40,165 nucleotides of DNA from a virus (taxonomy: Duplodnaviria > Caudoviricetes). The DNA lies in the IMG/VR virus record IMGVR_UViG_3300018757_000006, positions 1 to 40,165 of that record; one strand, 5' to 3'. The notes below the pieces were generated by a model that made no database searches, was not told where the DNA came from, and saw nothing but the letters and a program-made list of their open reading frames with translations. The position numbers were made by a program, and so were the translations under genes. Positions 17,060 through 26,393 of the stretch are shown here, piece after piece. How positions within the stretch are numbered: position 1 is the stretch's first letter; every line of letters starts with the position of its first letter.

Positions 17060-17223
17060 TATGAAAAACGGAGTAAAACGGAGCTAGAGCGAGATCGTGC
17101 ATCTTGGCTGTTTTTCCGCATTTGTCCGCGTGAGGTGGACGTTTCGGGTAAATTTCGACTTACTTCCGAAGTGATAAACTCCAAAAACGGGCAAAAACGC
17201 CCGAATTTGGGGGATCGAGTTGT

Positions 17224-17251
17224 AGTTAACATAATACCTATTATCGGGACC
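17224..17251 (-). other. dif-like (XerC/XerD-type) recombination site
   Basis: Minus strand GGTCCCGATAA-TAGGTA-TTATGTTAACT has the 11-6-11 layout. Compare E. coli dif GGTGCGCATAA-TGTATA-TTATGTTAAAT and B. subtilis dif ACTTCCTAGAA-TATATA-TTATGTAAACT. Confidence 0.75.
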
Positions 17252-17276
17252 CAATTTTGAGGGGGTTTTGTTGTGA

Positions 17277-18797
17277 ATGAAGCTATCCGAAGAACAACTA
17301 CAAGAGATAGCGAAACAAGCAAAACAAGAACTCGCCCGCCGTAATTATTATGACTATGTGGCCTATACGCATGGTCATATTTTTGTTTATACACGGCATG
17401 GGGAGTACATCTGCAACAAGGTAAACGCCATGATTGAGCGCAAAGAGCGCATGCAGGCTGGTCTGGAGCCAAAGCGCCGACAATATATGGTTCTTTCCGT
17501 TCCTCCCCGCCATGGAAAATCCTTGCACCTGACTGAGACTTTACCAAGCTACTTTTTGGGTAAGTTTCCCGACGAACGGGTAGTCGTTGCTTCTTATGGT
17601 AGCGATTTCGCAGTTCGTTTCGGGAAGAAGAACCGGGAAAAGATTAGCCTATATGGCAACGATCTGTTTGGTATCGAGATTAGCAGTGAGTCTGCTTCTG
17701 CGACTGACTGGGATATCGAGGGTAGGCGGGGCGGCATGAACAGTCGAGGTATGCAGGCAGGCTTAACGGGTTTAGGGGCCGACCTAATGATCATTGATGA
17801 CCCAATTAAGAACCGCGAGGAAGCTAATTCAGAAGCATACCGAAAAAAGCTATGGGAAGAGTGGGTAGATTCGGCATCCTCCCGTCTCAACGGCCCAGAC
17901 GCCATAGTCATTATCATCATGACCCGCTGGCATGAGGATGATCTGGTGGGCCGGCTGCTTAACGAAGAGTATGGGGAGGTTCTTGACTGGGACGTGGTGA
18001 ATCTCCCGCTTGAGTGTGACGAGAAGCATATCAACGATGAGGGCAATCCGCTAAATAGGGAAATAGGTGAACCGCTCTGGCCTGAGAATTTTGGCAAAGA
18101 CTTCATAGCCGAACGCAAAGGGCATCCTCAGTCGTTTAACAGCTTGTACCAGGGCAGGCCTACTGCCCAAGAGGGGAACATGCTCAAACGCGATTGGTGG
18201 CGGTACTACGATGTGCTGCCGGAGATCGCGGACATGATTATATCCGTAGATGCCAGCTTCAAGGACACGAAGGATAGCGCCAAGTGCTCTATTCAGGTAT
18301 GGGGCAAGACTGGTCCGAACATTTACAAGATTGATAACGTCACTGCCCGCATGAATTTCGTGACCGCTTTACAGACGATCCGCAACGTGTGCGCGAAGTA
18401 CCCGCGAGCCGGTGCCAAGTACGTAGAGGATAAGGCGAACGGATCGGCTATTATTAACGTCCTCAACTTGGAGATAGGCGGTTTTATCCCGGTTAAGGCT
18501 GACAGCGGTACAGGAGGTAAGGAGGCCCGTGTGCAGGCCGTATCACCCTGGATTGAGTCAGGCAACACGTTCCTACCTCGAGGAGCTGCATGGGTGCATG
18601 ACTTTGTAGAAGAGTGCGCCAGCTTCCCGCAGGGGGCATATGCAGACCAGGTAGACGCTATGTCGCAGGCGCTAAACCTGTTGATCTACCATCGCGGGCA
18701 ATTGCCTAAAGGGGAGCAGCACCCAGCTACGCCGGAAGAGAGGTTCTGGAAGCATGTGAAGAAGAGTAATAAACGAAAAGGAGTGAGAATGGAATGA
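17277..18797 (+). CDS. terL: Terminase large subunit
   Basis: VPPRHGKS Walker A, IIDDPIK Walker B, IMTRWHEDDL, nuclease SVDASFK...DQVDAMSQA. Confidence 0.95.
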   Translation: MKLSEEQLQEIAKQAKQELARRNYYDYVAYTHGHIFVYTRHGEYICNKVNAMIERKERMQAGLEPKRRQYMVLSVPPRHGKSLHLTETLPSYFLGKFPDERVVVASYGSDFAVRFGKKNREKISLYGNDLFGIEISSESASATDWDIEGRRGGMNSRGMQAGLTGLGADLMIIDDPIKNREEANSEAYRKKLWEEWVDSASSRLNGPDAIVIIIMTRWHEDDLVGRLLNEEYGEVLDWDVVNLPLECDEKHINDEGNPLNREIGEPLWPENFGKDFIAERKGHPQSFNSLYQGRPTAQEGNMLKRDWWRYYDVLPEIADMIISVDASFKDTKDSAKCSIQVWGKTGPNIYKIDNVTARMNFVTALQTIRNVCAKYPRAGAKYVEDKANGSAIINVLNLEIGGFIPVKADSGTGGKEARVQAVSPWIESGNTFLPRGAAWVHDFVEECASFPQGAYADQVDAMSQALNLLIYHRGQLPKGEQHPATPEERFWKHVKKSNKRKGVRME

Positions 18798-19090
18798 CAG
18801 ACATGGAAGCTTTGATATTCATGATGGGAGTAATTGCAGTCGTCCTCTTGTTCGGGTTTATCCTTCACCATAGCGACAGGAGCTGGCGAAAAATGTACGA
18901 AGCAGCTATGGAGATGGTGACAAAGCAAGAGCTGCAACTGGCGAAAGAACGTATAGAGTGGTACGAGGAACGTAAGCAGCTCCTTGACCGCATCCAGGCG
19001 CAATCTTTCAACGAGTTCAAACTGGCTGAGATCCGCATGGCGAAAGTGGAAAAAGGGGAGCAGCCAAAGCAAACATTTCATTTGGAATAG
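18794..19090 (+). CDS. Small protein with N-terminal TM and coiled coil
   Basis: Hydrophobic LIFMMGVIAVVLLFGFIL. Overlaps the terL stop (ATGA). Confidence 0.7.
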   Translation: MTDMEALIFMMGVIAVVLLFGFILHHSDRSWRKMYEAAMEMVTKQELQLAKERIEWYEERKQLLDRIQAQSFNEFKLAEIRMAKVEKGEQPKQTFHLE

Positions 19091-19101
19091 GAGGGGTTTT
19101 T

Positions 19102-19377
19102 ATGAATTTCGGACAAGCATTAGAGGCGATGAAGTCTGGCAAAAAGGTAGCCCGCAAAGGCTGGAACGGTAAAGGAATGTTTGCGTTTTACCAAAAGGCA
19201 TACCCAGACGGTATTCCAATTAACAAGAATACATCGGAAGCCACAGGCATTCCAGAAGGTACAGTTTGCAGCTTCAGGCCTTACTTCATGTTGAAAACGG
19301 CACAAGATGATTTTGCCCATTGGGTTCCTTCTACAAGTGATATTCTCGCTGAAGATTGGGAGGTAATTGAATCATGA
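19102..19377 (+). CDS. DUF2829 / Tad2-family anti-defence nucleotide sponge
   Basis: MNFGQALEAMKSGKKVARKGWNGKGMF...PYF.LKT......WVPSTSDILAEDW is the DUF2829 signature. Confidence 0.85.
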   Translation: MNFGQALEAMKSGKKVARKGWNGKGMFAFYQKAYPDGIPINKNTSEATGIPEGTVCSFRPYFMLKTAQDDFAHWVPSTSDILAEDWEVIES

Positions 19378-19571
19378 ATCTCTATCAAGCAGAGCAAAAC
19401 GGCTATACGTACTTTGGCGTAGGCAAAGATGAGTCTGACTTTGCTGACCATGTGCGCAAAATAGCCCAGCAGAACATTATCCCGAGTACCTTCTCGTTTT
19501 TAAATTTTACGGTCAAGGAAATCACGGTAGACGGCTATGACATCATTTTGCGAAAGCGTAAGGAGGCGTGA
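19374..19571 (+). CDS. Hypothetical protein
   Basis: 65 aa, overlaps neighbours at both ends, GGAGG RBS. Confidence 0.65.
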   Translation: MNLYQAEQNGYTYFGVGKDESDFADHVRKIAQQNIIPSTFSFLNFTVKEITVDGYDIILRKRKEA

Positions 19572-21739
19572 CTGTGGCACGCAAGGACGAGCGTAGAAAG
19601 GAATCAGATTGGGTGTCTCTCGTCCAGGATCGTGTGCGACAGGCTGAGGACTGGGAGAGCGTTCGCCAGATCATGGTGCAGGTCAACTACTACCGAGGCA
19701 ATCAGTGGATTTACTGGCAGCCAACGGAGAAGAGGGTAATGCCCGCGCCGAATGAGGATGGCCAGGAGCGCATTACCTATAACGTCATCAAGCCTCGTGT
19801 GATGGCGAAGCTGGCGAAGCAGACAAAAAACCGGATCAAGTTTGACGTGGTGCCTGATTCCAATGACCAGGAGCGCATCGAGATTGCTGCAGCAGCCGAA
19901 AAGTTCTTGGACTACTGGTGGGAAGAGGAGGAAATGGACCGTAAAACACGCGACATCTTCCTGAACAACAGTGTTAAGGGCTGGTGTGCGCTGAAAGTCT
20001 ATTTCGACCCAATGGCCGGACAGGACATCACGCCGAAGGAAGGCGAACCGGGGCATGAGGAGGGTATGGATCCGCTGTATACGGGTGAGGTGAAGGCAAG
20101 AGTCTGCGATCCTCTCACACTCTATATTGACCCAAGCGCCACGACGGACGATGAAATCCGATGGATTGTCGAGCGTAAACCACGGGACGTGGATTACATC
20201 AAGGACGTGTACGGTAAGGAAGTAACAGCGGACGAAAATGTAGAGTACATCCAGACATACGACATCGGTACATCATCGGGACTGGGAACGAACAAGCAGC
20301 GTAAAATGCAAAACATGGCCATGGTCGATGAAATGTGGGTAGCTCCGTGCAAGAAGCATCCACATGGGCTGAAGGTTACGATCGCAGGCAACACGCTCCT
20401 GGACATTGAGGAAAAGGCGGGGCCAATCCCGTTTTTTATTTTTGGAGACATCCCGATTCCTGGCAGCGTGAAATATGACGCGTTCATCCGGGACATGTTG
20501 CCGGTGCAAAAACAAATCAATATCCTTCGCACCATGATGACTACCCATGCAAAACGCATGGGTAATTCTATTTGGGCCCTGCCGCACGGTTCAAATGTAG
20601 ATGAGGACGAATTGACCAACGAAATCAGTACCGTTATCCACTACAGCCCTCAGGGAGGAAAACCCGAGCGTATTAGCCCGCCAGACCTACCCAGTTTTTA
20701 CGACCGTGTGATCGAATACTCGCTCCGAGACATTGACGATATGTCTGGTGCCCGTGAAATTACACAAGGCAGGCTGCCTGCCGGATTGGACACGCTGGGC
20801 GGTCTGGAGCTGATGGTTGAACAGGAGAACGAGAAGTTGGCCGTCTCCGCGCAAAACTACGAGCGAGGCATGAAAAAGGCGCTCAGACGTGTGCTGGAAC
20901 TGATGAAAAAGCATTACACAGAGGAGCGCATGGGGCGGATCCTTGGATCTGACAATGAAATTGAGTTGGTGGCCTTTACCGGATCGGATCTGAGCGGCGG
21001 CGAGGACATTGACATCGTGCAAGGCTCGTCCCTGCCAGAGATGAGAGCAGCCCAACAGGATCGCATTATGACGATGTGGGGTGCTGGTGCGATTGTTGAT
21101 GACAACGGCCAGCCAGACCACAGGAGATTTTTACGGCTCATGGGCATGGGTGACTCACAGGAACTATTCGAGCAGCGCCTCCTGGATGAAAACAAGGCAC
21201 GGTCGGAGAATCGCATTTTTCAGCAGATGGCAGAGGATCCAGCGATTGAACAAATGCTGGCTCAGTACTATGCGCAATTGGATCAGTACAACTCAATTGT
21301 GCAGCAATACCAGGCGGAGGGACTTGATCCGGCTCAAGCAGGCTTGCAGCCTCCGAAGTTACCGCAGGGCTTACCTATCGTGCGTGATTTCTATGATCAC
21401 GTCGTTCACATAGAGGAACATAATACTTTCCGTAAATCCAATGCTTACGAGGATTTGCCGCCGAATATTCAGCGTTTTGTGGACGAGCATGTCCGGGAGC
21501 ATATCAACATCTTGGAGGCTCCAATGAGAGAGCAGCAAGCAGCCCAGCAGCAGGATATGGAACAACAAGCAGCTCAGCAACAAGCCCAACAGGAGCAAGA
21601 AATTGCTGTCAGGCAGATGAATGAGCAGCAGCAAATCGAACGACAGCAAATGGATATGAAGAAGCACAACGACAACATGCAGCTGCAAATGGGCAAATTG
21701 GGCGTTGATGCCATGAAAGCGTTGAATGGTCGGGGATAG
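19568..21739 (+). CDS. Portal protein (P22-like, long Gln-rich C-terminal barrel)
   Basis: Position after terL; YYRGNQW...YNVIKP; Q..IN; ID...G.....G; Q-rich helical tail. Confidence 0.85.
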   Translation: MTVARKDERRKESDWVSLVQDRVRQAEDWESVRQIMVQVNYYRGNQWIYWQPTEKRVMPAPNEDGQERITYNVIKPRVMAKLAKQTKNRIKFDVVPDSNDQERIEIAAAAEKFLDYWWEEEEMDRKTRDIFLNNSVKGWCALKVYFDPMAGQDITPKEGEPGHEEGMDPLYTGEVKARVCDPLTLYIDPSATTDDEIRWIVERKPRDVDYIKDVYGKEVTADENVEYIQTYDIGTSSGLGTNKQRKMQNMAMVDEMWVAPCKKHPHGLKVTIAGNTLLDIEEKAGPIPFFIFGDIPIPGSVKYDAFIRDMLPVQKQINILRTMMTTHAKRMGNSIWALPHGSNVDEDELTNEISTVIHYSPQGGKPERISPPDLPSFYDRVIEYSLRDIDDMSGAREITQGRLPAGLDTLGGLELMVEQENEKLAVSAQNYERGMKKALRRVLELMKKHYTEERMGRILGSDNEIELVAFTGSDLSGGEDIDIVQGSSLPEMRAAQQDRIMTMWGAGAIVDDNGQPDHRRFLRLMGMGDSQELFEQRLLDENKARSENRIFQQMAEDPAIEQMLAQYYAQLDQYNSIVQQYQAEGLDPAQAGLQPPKLPQGLPIVRDFYDHVVHIEEHNTFRKSNAYEDLPPNIQRFVDEHVREHINILEAPMREQQAAQQQDMEQQAAQQQAQQEQEIAVRQMNEQQQIERQQMDMKKHNDNMQLQMGKLGVDAMKALNGRG

Positions 21740-21815
21740 GATGAGAGTTACTATCCCCAAACACAAAATTCGGGGCGTTGAAGGTGTGATTCGCCCACAC
21801 ACAGGAGGTCTTTGC

Positions 21816-22628
21816 ATGAAAATTTGTTCAAGTTTCCGTTTTCCAGTCGATTTGCAGTATTTTTCTGAGGGTGAAGAGCCATTTGTTGACGGTCAGGAGT
21901 CTGCCGAAAGCGTTGAAAGTGGAGAGGTCGCGCCTCCACAGGCAGAAGAGAGCCTGGCCCCTGAGGAAACGCCGTCTGATGACGGCATTGAGCAGTCAAA
22001 AGCGTTCGCCAAGCGATTATCGGAGCGCACCCAAGCGAAATTAGCAGAAGAACGCGCAAAGTGGGAAGCTGAGCAGGCGGAAAGGCTTCGAGACTACGAG
22101 CGTTACCGCTCACTGGCTGACCAAATGCTTAAATACAGCGGACACCAAGACATCGACACCTTGCAGCAGACGCTGGAGCAGGAGCTATTGCAAGCACAGG
22201 CCGAGCAGCACCAGGTACCTGTAGAAGTAATGCAGCGACTGAATGAACTGGAGCGCCGCGCTCAAAAAGCGGATGAGCTAGAGCGTCAATGGCAAAGCCA
22301 ACAAGCGGTGAGCACGTTCTATCGTGACCTTGATCAGTACATGCAGGGAAAAGAGGATGTGCCAGCAGAGGCCATGATTGATTTCATGGTGCAGACTGGC
22401 ATTACCAACTTTGACGCTGCTTACAAAGCATTGCGAGCAGATCAGTTGGAGCAGAGGTTGGCGACTGCCGAAGAAGACGCAATCAAGAAGTACCTGGAAA
22501 GTAAGAGAGCGACAAAAGTAGAGGGCTCTGGTAGTGCTCCGGGGTTGATCGCAGAGCAACCAGCCAGGACGTGGGAAGAGGCGAGGGAGCGAGCATTAGC
22601 CCGTCTACGTTCATTAAACGAACAATAA
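21816..22628 (+). CDS. Capsid scaffolding protein
   Basis: Acidic coiled-coil protein between portal and capsid; N-terminal DLQYFSE motif; C-terminal ARTWEEARERALARL capsid-binding-like helix. Confidence 0.8.
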   Translation: MKICSSFRFPVDLQYFSEGEEPFVDGQESAESVESGEVAPPQAEESLAPEETPSDDGIEQSKAFAKRLSERTQAKLAEERAKWEAEQAERLRDYERYRSLADQMLKYSGHQDIDTLQQTLEQELLQAQAEQHQVPVEVMQRLNELERRAQKADELERQWQSQQAVSTFYRDLDQYMQGKEDVPAEAMIDFMVQTGITNFDAAYKALRADQLEQRLATAEEDAIKKYLESKRATKVEGSGSAPGLIAEQPARTWEEARERALARLRSLNEQ

Positions 22629-22641
22629 AGGAGAATGAAAC

Positions 22642-23826
22642 ATGGGAGCTACACTCACCACAATCGCAGATATCCTGAAAATTGATTATTTGCCAAAGGT
22701 TCGAGAGCAAATCAACAACGCGAACCCGATCGTTGCCCAGTTGGAGAAGAAAGTGCAAAAAATCACCGGTGACGGTAAAAAATTCTATGTGCCACACCAC
22801 TTTGGACGTAACTCCGGGGTCGGCGCGATTTCTGAAAACGGAACATTGCCAACCGCAGGCAACCAAGGTTACAAAGCGTCGGAAGGTGTTGCCAAAATGG
22901 TGGCTGGCCGCCTGGAGCTGACTGTGGAAACCATCGAATCGTCCAAGCGTAACGAGACATCTTACCTTCGAGCGATTGAAGCAGAGGTAAAGGGTCTGAC
23001 GACCGACATGAAAAACTACCGGGCGCGAACCTTCTTCGGTGATGGTACCGGAAAGCTGGCCACGACAGGGGCTGTCACTAGCAGCAATAAAATTACCCTT
23101 GACACTACCAAAAACGTATTTGTAGGCCAACGTATTGATATCATTAGTGGTAAAACAGTCGCTGCATCCAAGCGCGAAATCACAGGTATCAACCGCACGG
23201 AGTCTTCGATCACGATTAGTGGGGATGCAGTCACCACTACCGATACTGACTTCATTGTTACGCACGGTTCGTATAACCTCGACCCGATGGGGTTGGGAGG
23301 CATCATCTCTGCTACCAGCGCACTACAGGGACTTTCGCCAGAGGAATACACGTGGTGGATGTCTAACATCTTCGGGAATGGCGGCACAAATCGACCTATT
23401 TCGCAAGAATTGCTCCGAATGGCAGCAGACGAGACAGAAGTTATAAGCGGCAAACAAGTGGAATTTTTGCTTGCTTCCCATGCTGTTCGAGCTGCATATG
23501 AGTCATTGCTCACCACAAACAAACGCTTTGTTAACCCGATGAAACTGGAAGGTGGTTGGGAAGCGCTTGAGTGGGACAGCATGCCGTTTTTGGTGGACCG
23601 CTATATGCCGAACAACCGGATTTGGGCTGGTAACTACGACGACCTCAACATCTACCGCATGGCTGATTTGCAGTTCATGGAGGAAGATGGCAGCATGTTC
23701 AGCCGGGTGCCGAACAAAGCAGCATACGAGGCTACCGCATACATGTACGAGACAATGGTATGCCACGCCCGTAACGCATTTTATGAGCTAGCCGACATCA
23801 CACCAGCAGCCGGATACAGCAAATAA
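22642..23826 (+). CDS. Major capsid protein
   Basis: 394 aa after the scaffold; LK..YLP.VREQIN, FFGDGTG.L, D.YMP; strong RBS and downstream terminator. Confidence 0.9.
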   Translation: MGATLTTIADILKIDYLPKVREQINNANPIVAQLEKKVQKITGDGKKFYVPHHFGRNSGVGAISENGTLPTAGNQGYKASEGVAKMVAGRLELTVETIESSKRNETSYLRAIEAEVKGLTTDMKNYRARTFFGDGTGKLATTGAVTSSNKITLDTTKNVFVGQRIDIISGKTVAASKREITGINRTESSITISGDAVTTTDTDFIVTHGSYNLDPMGLGGIISATSALQGLSPEEYTWWMSNIFGNGGTNRPISQELLRMAADETEVISGKQVEFLLASHAVRAAYESLLTTNKRFVNPMKLEGGWEALEWDSMPFLVDRYMPNNRIWAGNYDDLNIYRMADLQFMEEDGSMFSRVPNKAAYEATAYMYETMVCHARNAFYELADITPAAGYSK

Positions 23827-23829
23827 TAC

Positions 23830-23871
23830 GAAAAGCGGGGAGGGGGTGAAAATCACCCTCCCTTTTCTTTT
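23830..23871 (+). terminator. Rho-independent terminator after the capsid gene
   Basis: GGGAGGGGGTGA-AAA-TCACCCTCCC followed by TTTTCTTTT. Confidence 0.7.
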
Positions 23872-23886
23872 GTATGGAGGTATTTC

Positions 23887-24303
23887 ATGAGAAAGGGATT
23901 CCAACGTACATTTCTGAACGATGTTTACCACATCGAGGAGCGTCTGCAGGAGTACGACAAAGACCTATATATCCTATACAACCCAGGCACCGGGGAGTGG
24001 CTGATCATGGACGGACTCATGGATTACGCGATCATGAAAATCCCTCAAGCCGGATTTGAAACCCTAGATGCCCGAGTCGCGGAACATATCAAGAAAATCC
24101 ATACTGCAAACGGGTTCTCTGCCAGTGAAGAGGTAGACCGTAATAACGCAGCCTTGCAGCGCGAGCTTGACCGCCAGACAGCAGACGCAGCGGAATATTT
24201 CGCCAAGGAGTCACTGGAGGCAACCCGTAATCTCGCTTTGTATGGCCGGGTAGATGGTTATCGTAAGTACGTGCAGGGAGGGGTGAACCATGGATTTAGC
24301 TGA
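23887..24303 (+). CDS. Hypothetical virion-module protein
   Basis: 138 aa, GGAGG RBS, in the operon between capsid and adaptor. Confidence 0.7.
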   Translation: MRKGFQRTFLNDVYHIEERLQEYDKDLYILYNPGTGEWLIMDGLMDYAIMKIPQAGFETLDARVAEHIKKIHTANGFSASEEVDRNNAALQRELDRQTADAAEYFAKESLEATRNLALYGRVDGYRKYVQGGVNHGFS

Positions 24304-24847
24304 CATCATCAGACAGGTAAGGCGTGATATCGAGGAAGAGCCAGATGCGGGGGACATTGTTGATTGGGCAAACCGTGCACTGGATGACCTTACGTCGATC
24401 GCAAAGAAAGAAGCCAAGGTTTCTTTTGAGATCACACCTGACAATGCTTACATGCTCCCGGAAAACTATCATGATTTTGCTTACGTTGTAGTGGGGCAAG
24501 AGCTGTATGATTGTCTACCGCAGGACAACTTTACGAGCAGAGGTTTTAAGGTATGGGGAGGTACGCTTTCCCTACAACAAGGACCATCAACAGGCACCAT
24601 TGACCTGTACTATTACCGAAAACTCGCCCGGTTATCGACTGCAGACACGAACGCGGTACCTGAGATTGATGAGCCATTCCATGACCTGCTGATCCTATAC
24701 GCATTGGGTCAAATCCAGTTTGCGGAGGAAGATTACGACGACCGTCCGGACTCTATGACACGGTACCAGCAAAGAAAGGCCGAGTATGCCAGTTATATGA
24801 TGAGGAAGCGCCGGAAAGGGCGAACGATTGAAAAGGTGATGTGGTAA
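24290..24847 (+). CDS. Head-tail adaptor (podovirus type)
   Basis: MDLADII..VR...WANRA...Y.LP...YYRK...PEIDEPFHDLLILYA, typical of podoviral adaptors; position supports the call. Confidence 0.72.
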   Translation: MDLADIIRQVRRDIEEEPDAGDIVDWANRALDDLTSIAKKEAKVSFEITPDNAYMLPENYHDFAYVVVGQELYDCLPQDNFTSRGFKVWGGTLSLQQGPSTGTIDLYYYRKLARLSTADTNAVPEIDEPFHDLLILYALGQIQFAEEDYDDRPDSMTRYQQRKAEYASYMMRKRRKGRTIEKVMW

Positions 24848-26385
24848 TGAGTCGATACATGCCTCCATTTGCATTACAAGATTTTTCAGGCGGGTTAAAT
24901 GTAAAAGACGAACCGTATGCGCTGGCAAATAACCAACTGGCAGATGTAGAAAATGCGATTATTACAGGCGGTAGTATAGCCAAAAGAAGCGGATACGAAG
25001 AGGAAGCCATACACCCAGACCCAAATGAGCGATTCACCGATTTATACCAATTCTTTTTTAATGATGTATTCTCTGTTTTTTTACTGGCTGGAAGCGACAG
25101 AAAGCTCTATGACACTGCCGTAGGTGAGGTTAGGGAGATCCCCTTTTCTAGAATATCAGAGTTAAGTTCGAGTGACGTGCAGATGGCCGGATATAAAAAT
25201 AGGGATTTGAATCCTGTCTGTTTATTGGCTGATTATGGGGAGCTGAAAATTTTTGATTATAAATCGGCATTGGTTAAGCCAGTTGTGCCTTACGAACCAA
25301 CGCCAGATGAACAACAAAATATTGGTTTAAATGACCTGGGAAATCTTACAGAATTTCGAACGATAGCATTGAAAAAAGATCGTTTTTTTGCGGCAGCTCA
25401 CCCTGATATCGGTAATCGACTATCATTCTGTCACCGTGACCCCAAGCTTGGCCTTGCTGTCTACGATTATTGGCCGGCCGCATATTTTATTGACATACCA
25501 TCTGACGGGGATGACACCATTGTAAAATTAGAAGTTTTTCGCGGCGATCTTGTGATTTTCTGTAAGAGAACGATCTGGTTGTTAGAAGGCGACGGAACCA
25601 GCGTTAATAGCTACAACCTAAAGAAAATTAATGTACCAAATGGGTGTCTGTCAGCTAGAAGTGTAACCGTAGTAAATAACAGCATCTTCTATTTATCTGA
25701 TGATAACCATGTGTATGAGTTGTTTTCGACGGAAGAAGAGTATGTGTCGGCGCGCGTGATCAGTCAAAACGTAAAAAAGATTATGGAGCAAACAGCATAC
25801 ACCAACAAATTTAGAGCGTCGGGAATCTTCTTTGATAATAAATATTTTCTTTCTTTCAGCGATGGCACGACTCTTGTTTTTGATACACTTTCGGGCTGTT
25901 GGCTTAAGTGGACGAATATCGCAGCACTATCATTTCTTGTCCGTGATCGCAATCTGTACTTCTCCTCACCAAACGGTAAGCTCATGGTGTTTAGGGAAGG
26001 ACACTACAACGATGATGGGGAACCAATCCGTTTCTTAATGCGAACTCGGAATTTTGACTTTGGCTTTCCCGTTCAAAGAAAAAAGCTCAAGAAAATGTGG
26101 ACGATCGCTAAACAATACGAGTCAGAGACATCCACCTACAACATCAGGCTGTTTGTTGATTATGTGGAGCTAACCGCTAAAGATGTGAGCACAGACATAT
26201 CTGGGGTTTGGGATCAAGGAGACTGGGATGAAGTGCAATGGGACTTCATTGACGTGGTAAAAACGACACACCGTTTCAAACAAAAGGGTGAATACTTTCA
26301 AGTCGAAATCAGTAGCGACAAACTGAACGAGCCTTTTACTCTCTTCCAAATTGTCTTCTATTTCAAACTTAAAAAGCCAAAGTAG
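24847..26385 (+). CDS. Tail nozzle / DNA stabilisation protein (P22 gp10/T7 gp12-like)
   Basis: DFSGGLN N-terminus, beta-rich body, GC.S..S, T..FDFG.P...K. Confidence 0.75.
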   Translation: MSRYMPPFALQDFSGGLNVKDEPYALANNQLADVENAIITGGSIAKRSGYEEEAIHPDPNERFTDLYQFFFNDVFSVFLLAGSDRKLYDTAVGEVREIPFSRISELSSSDVQMAGYKNRDLNPVCLLADYGELKIFDYKSALVKPVVPYEPTPDEQQNIGLNDLGNLTEFRTIALKKDRFFAAAHPDIGNRLSFCHRDPKLGLAVYDYWPAAYFIDIPSDGDDTIVKLEVFRGDLVIFCKRTIWLLEGDGTSVNSYNLKKINVPNGCLSARSVTVVNNSIFYLSDDNHVYELFSTEEEYVSARVISQNVKKIMEQTAYTNKFRASGIFFDNKYFLSFSDGTTLVFDTLSGCWLKWTNIAALSFLVRDRNLYFSSPNGKLMVFREGHYNDDGEPIRFLMRTRNFDFGFPVQRKKLKKMWTIAKQYESETSTYNIRLFVDYVELTAKDVSTDISGVWDQGDWDEVQWDFIDVVKTTHRFKQKGEYFQVEISSDKLNEPFTLFQIVFYFKLKKPK

Positions 26386-26393
26386 GTGACACC

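Noticed and set aside
16969-17547. 192-aa minus-strand ORF spanning the terS-terL gap
   Set aside because: Antisense to both terminase genes, with no recognisable motif or RBS. Treated as a shadow ORF.
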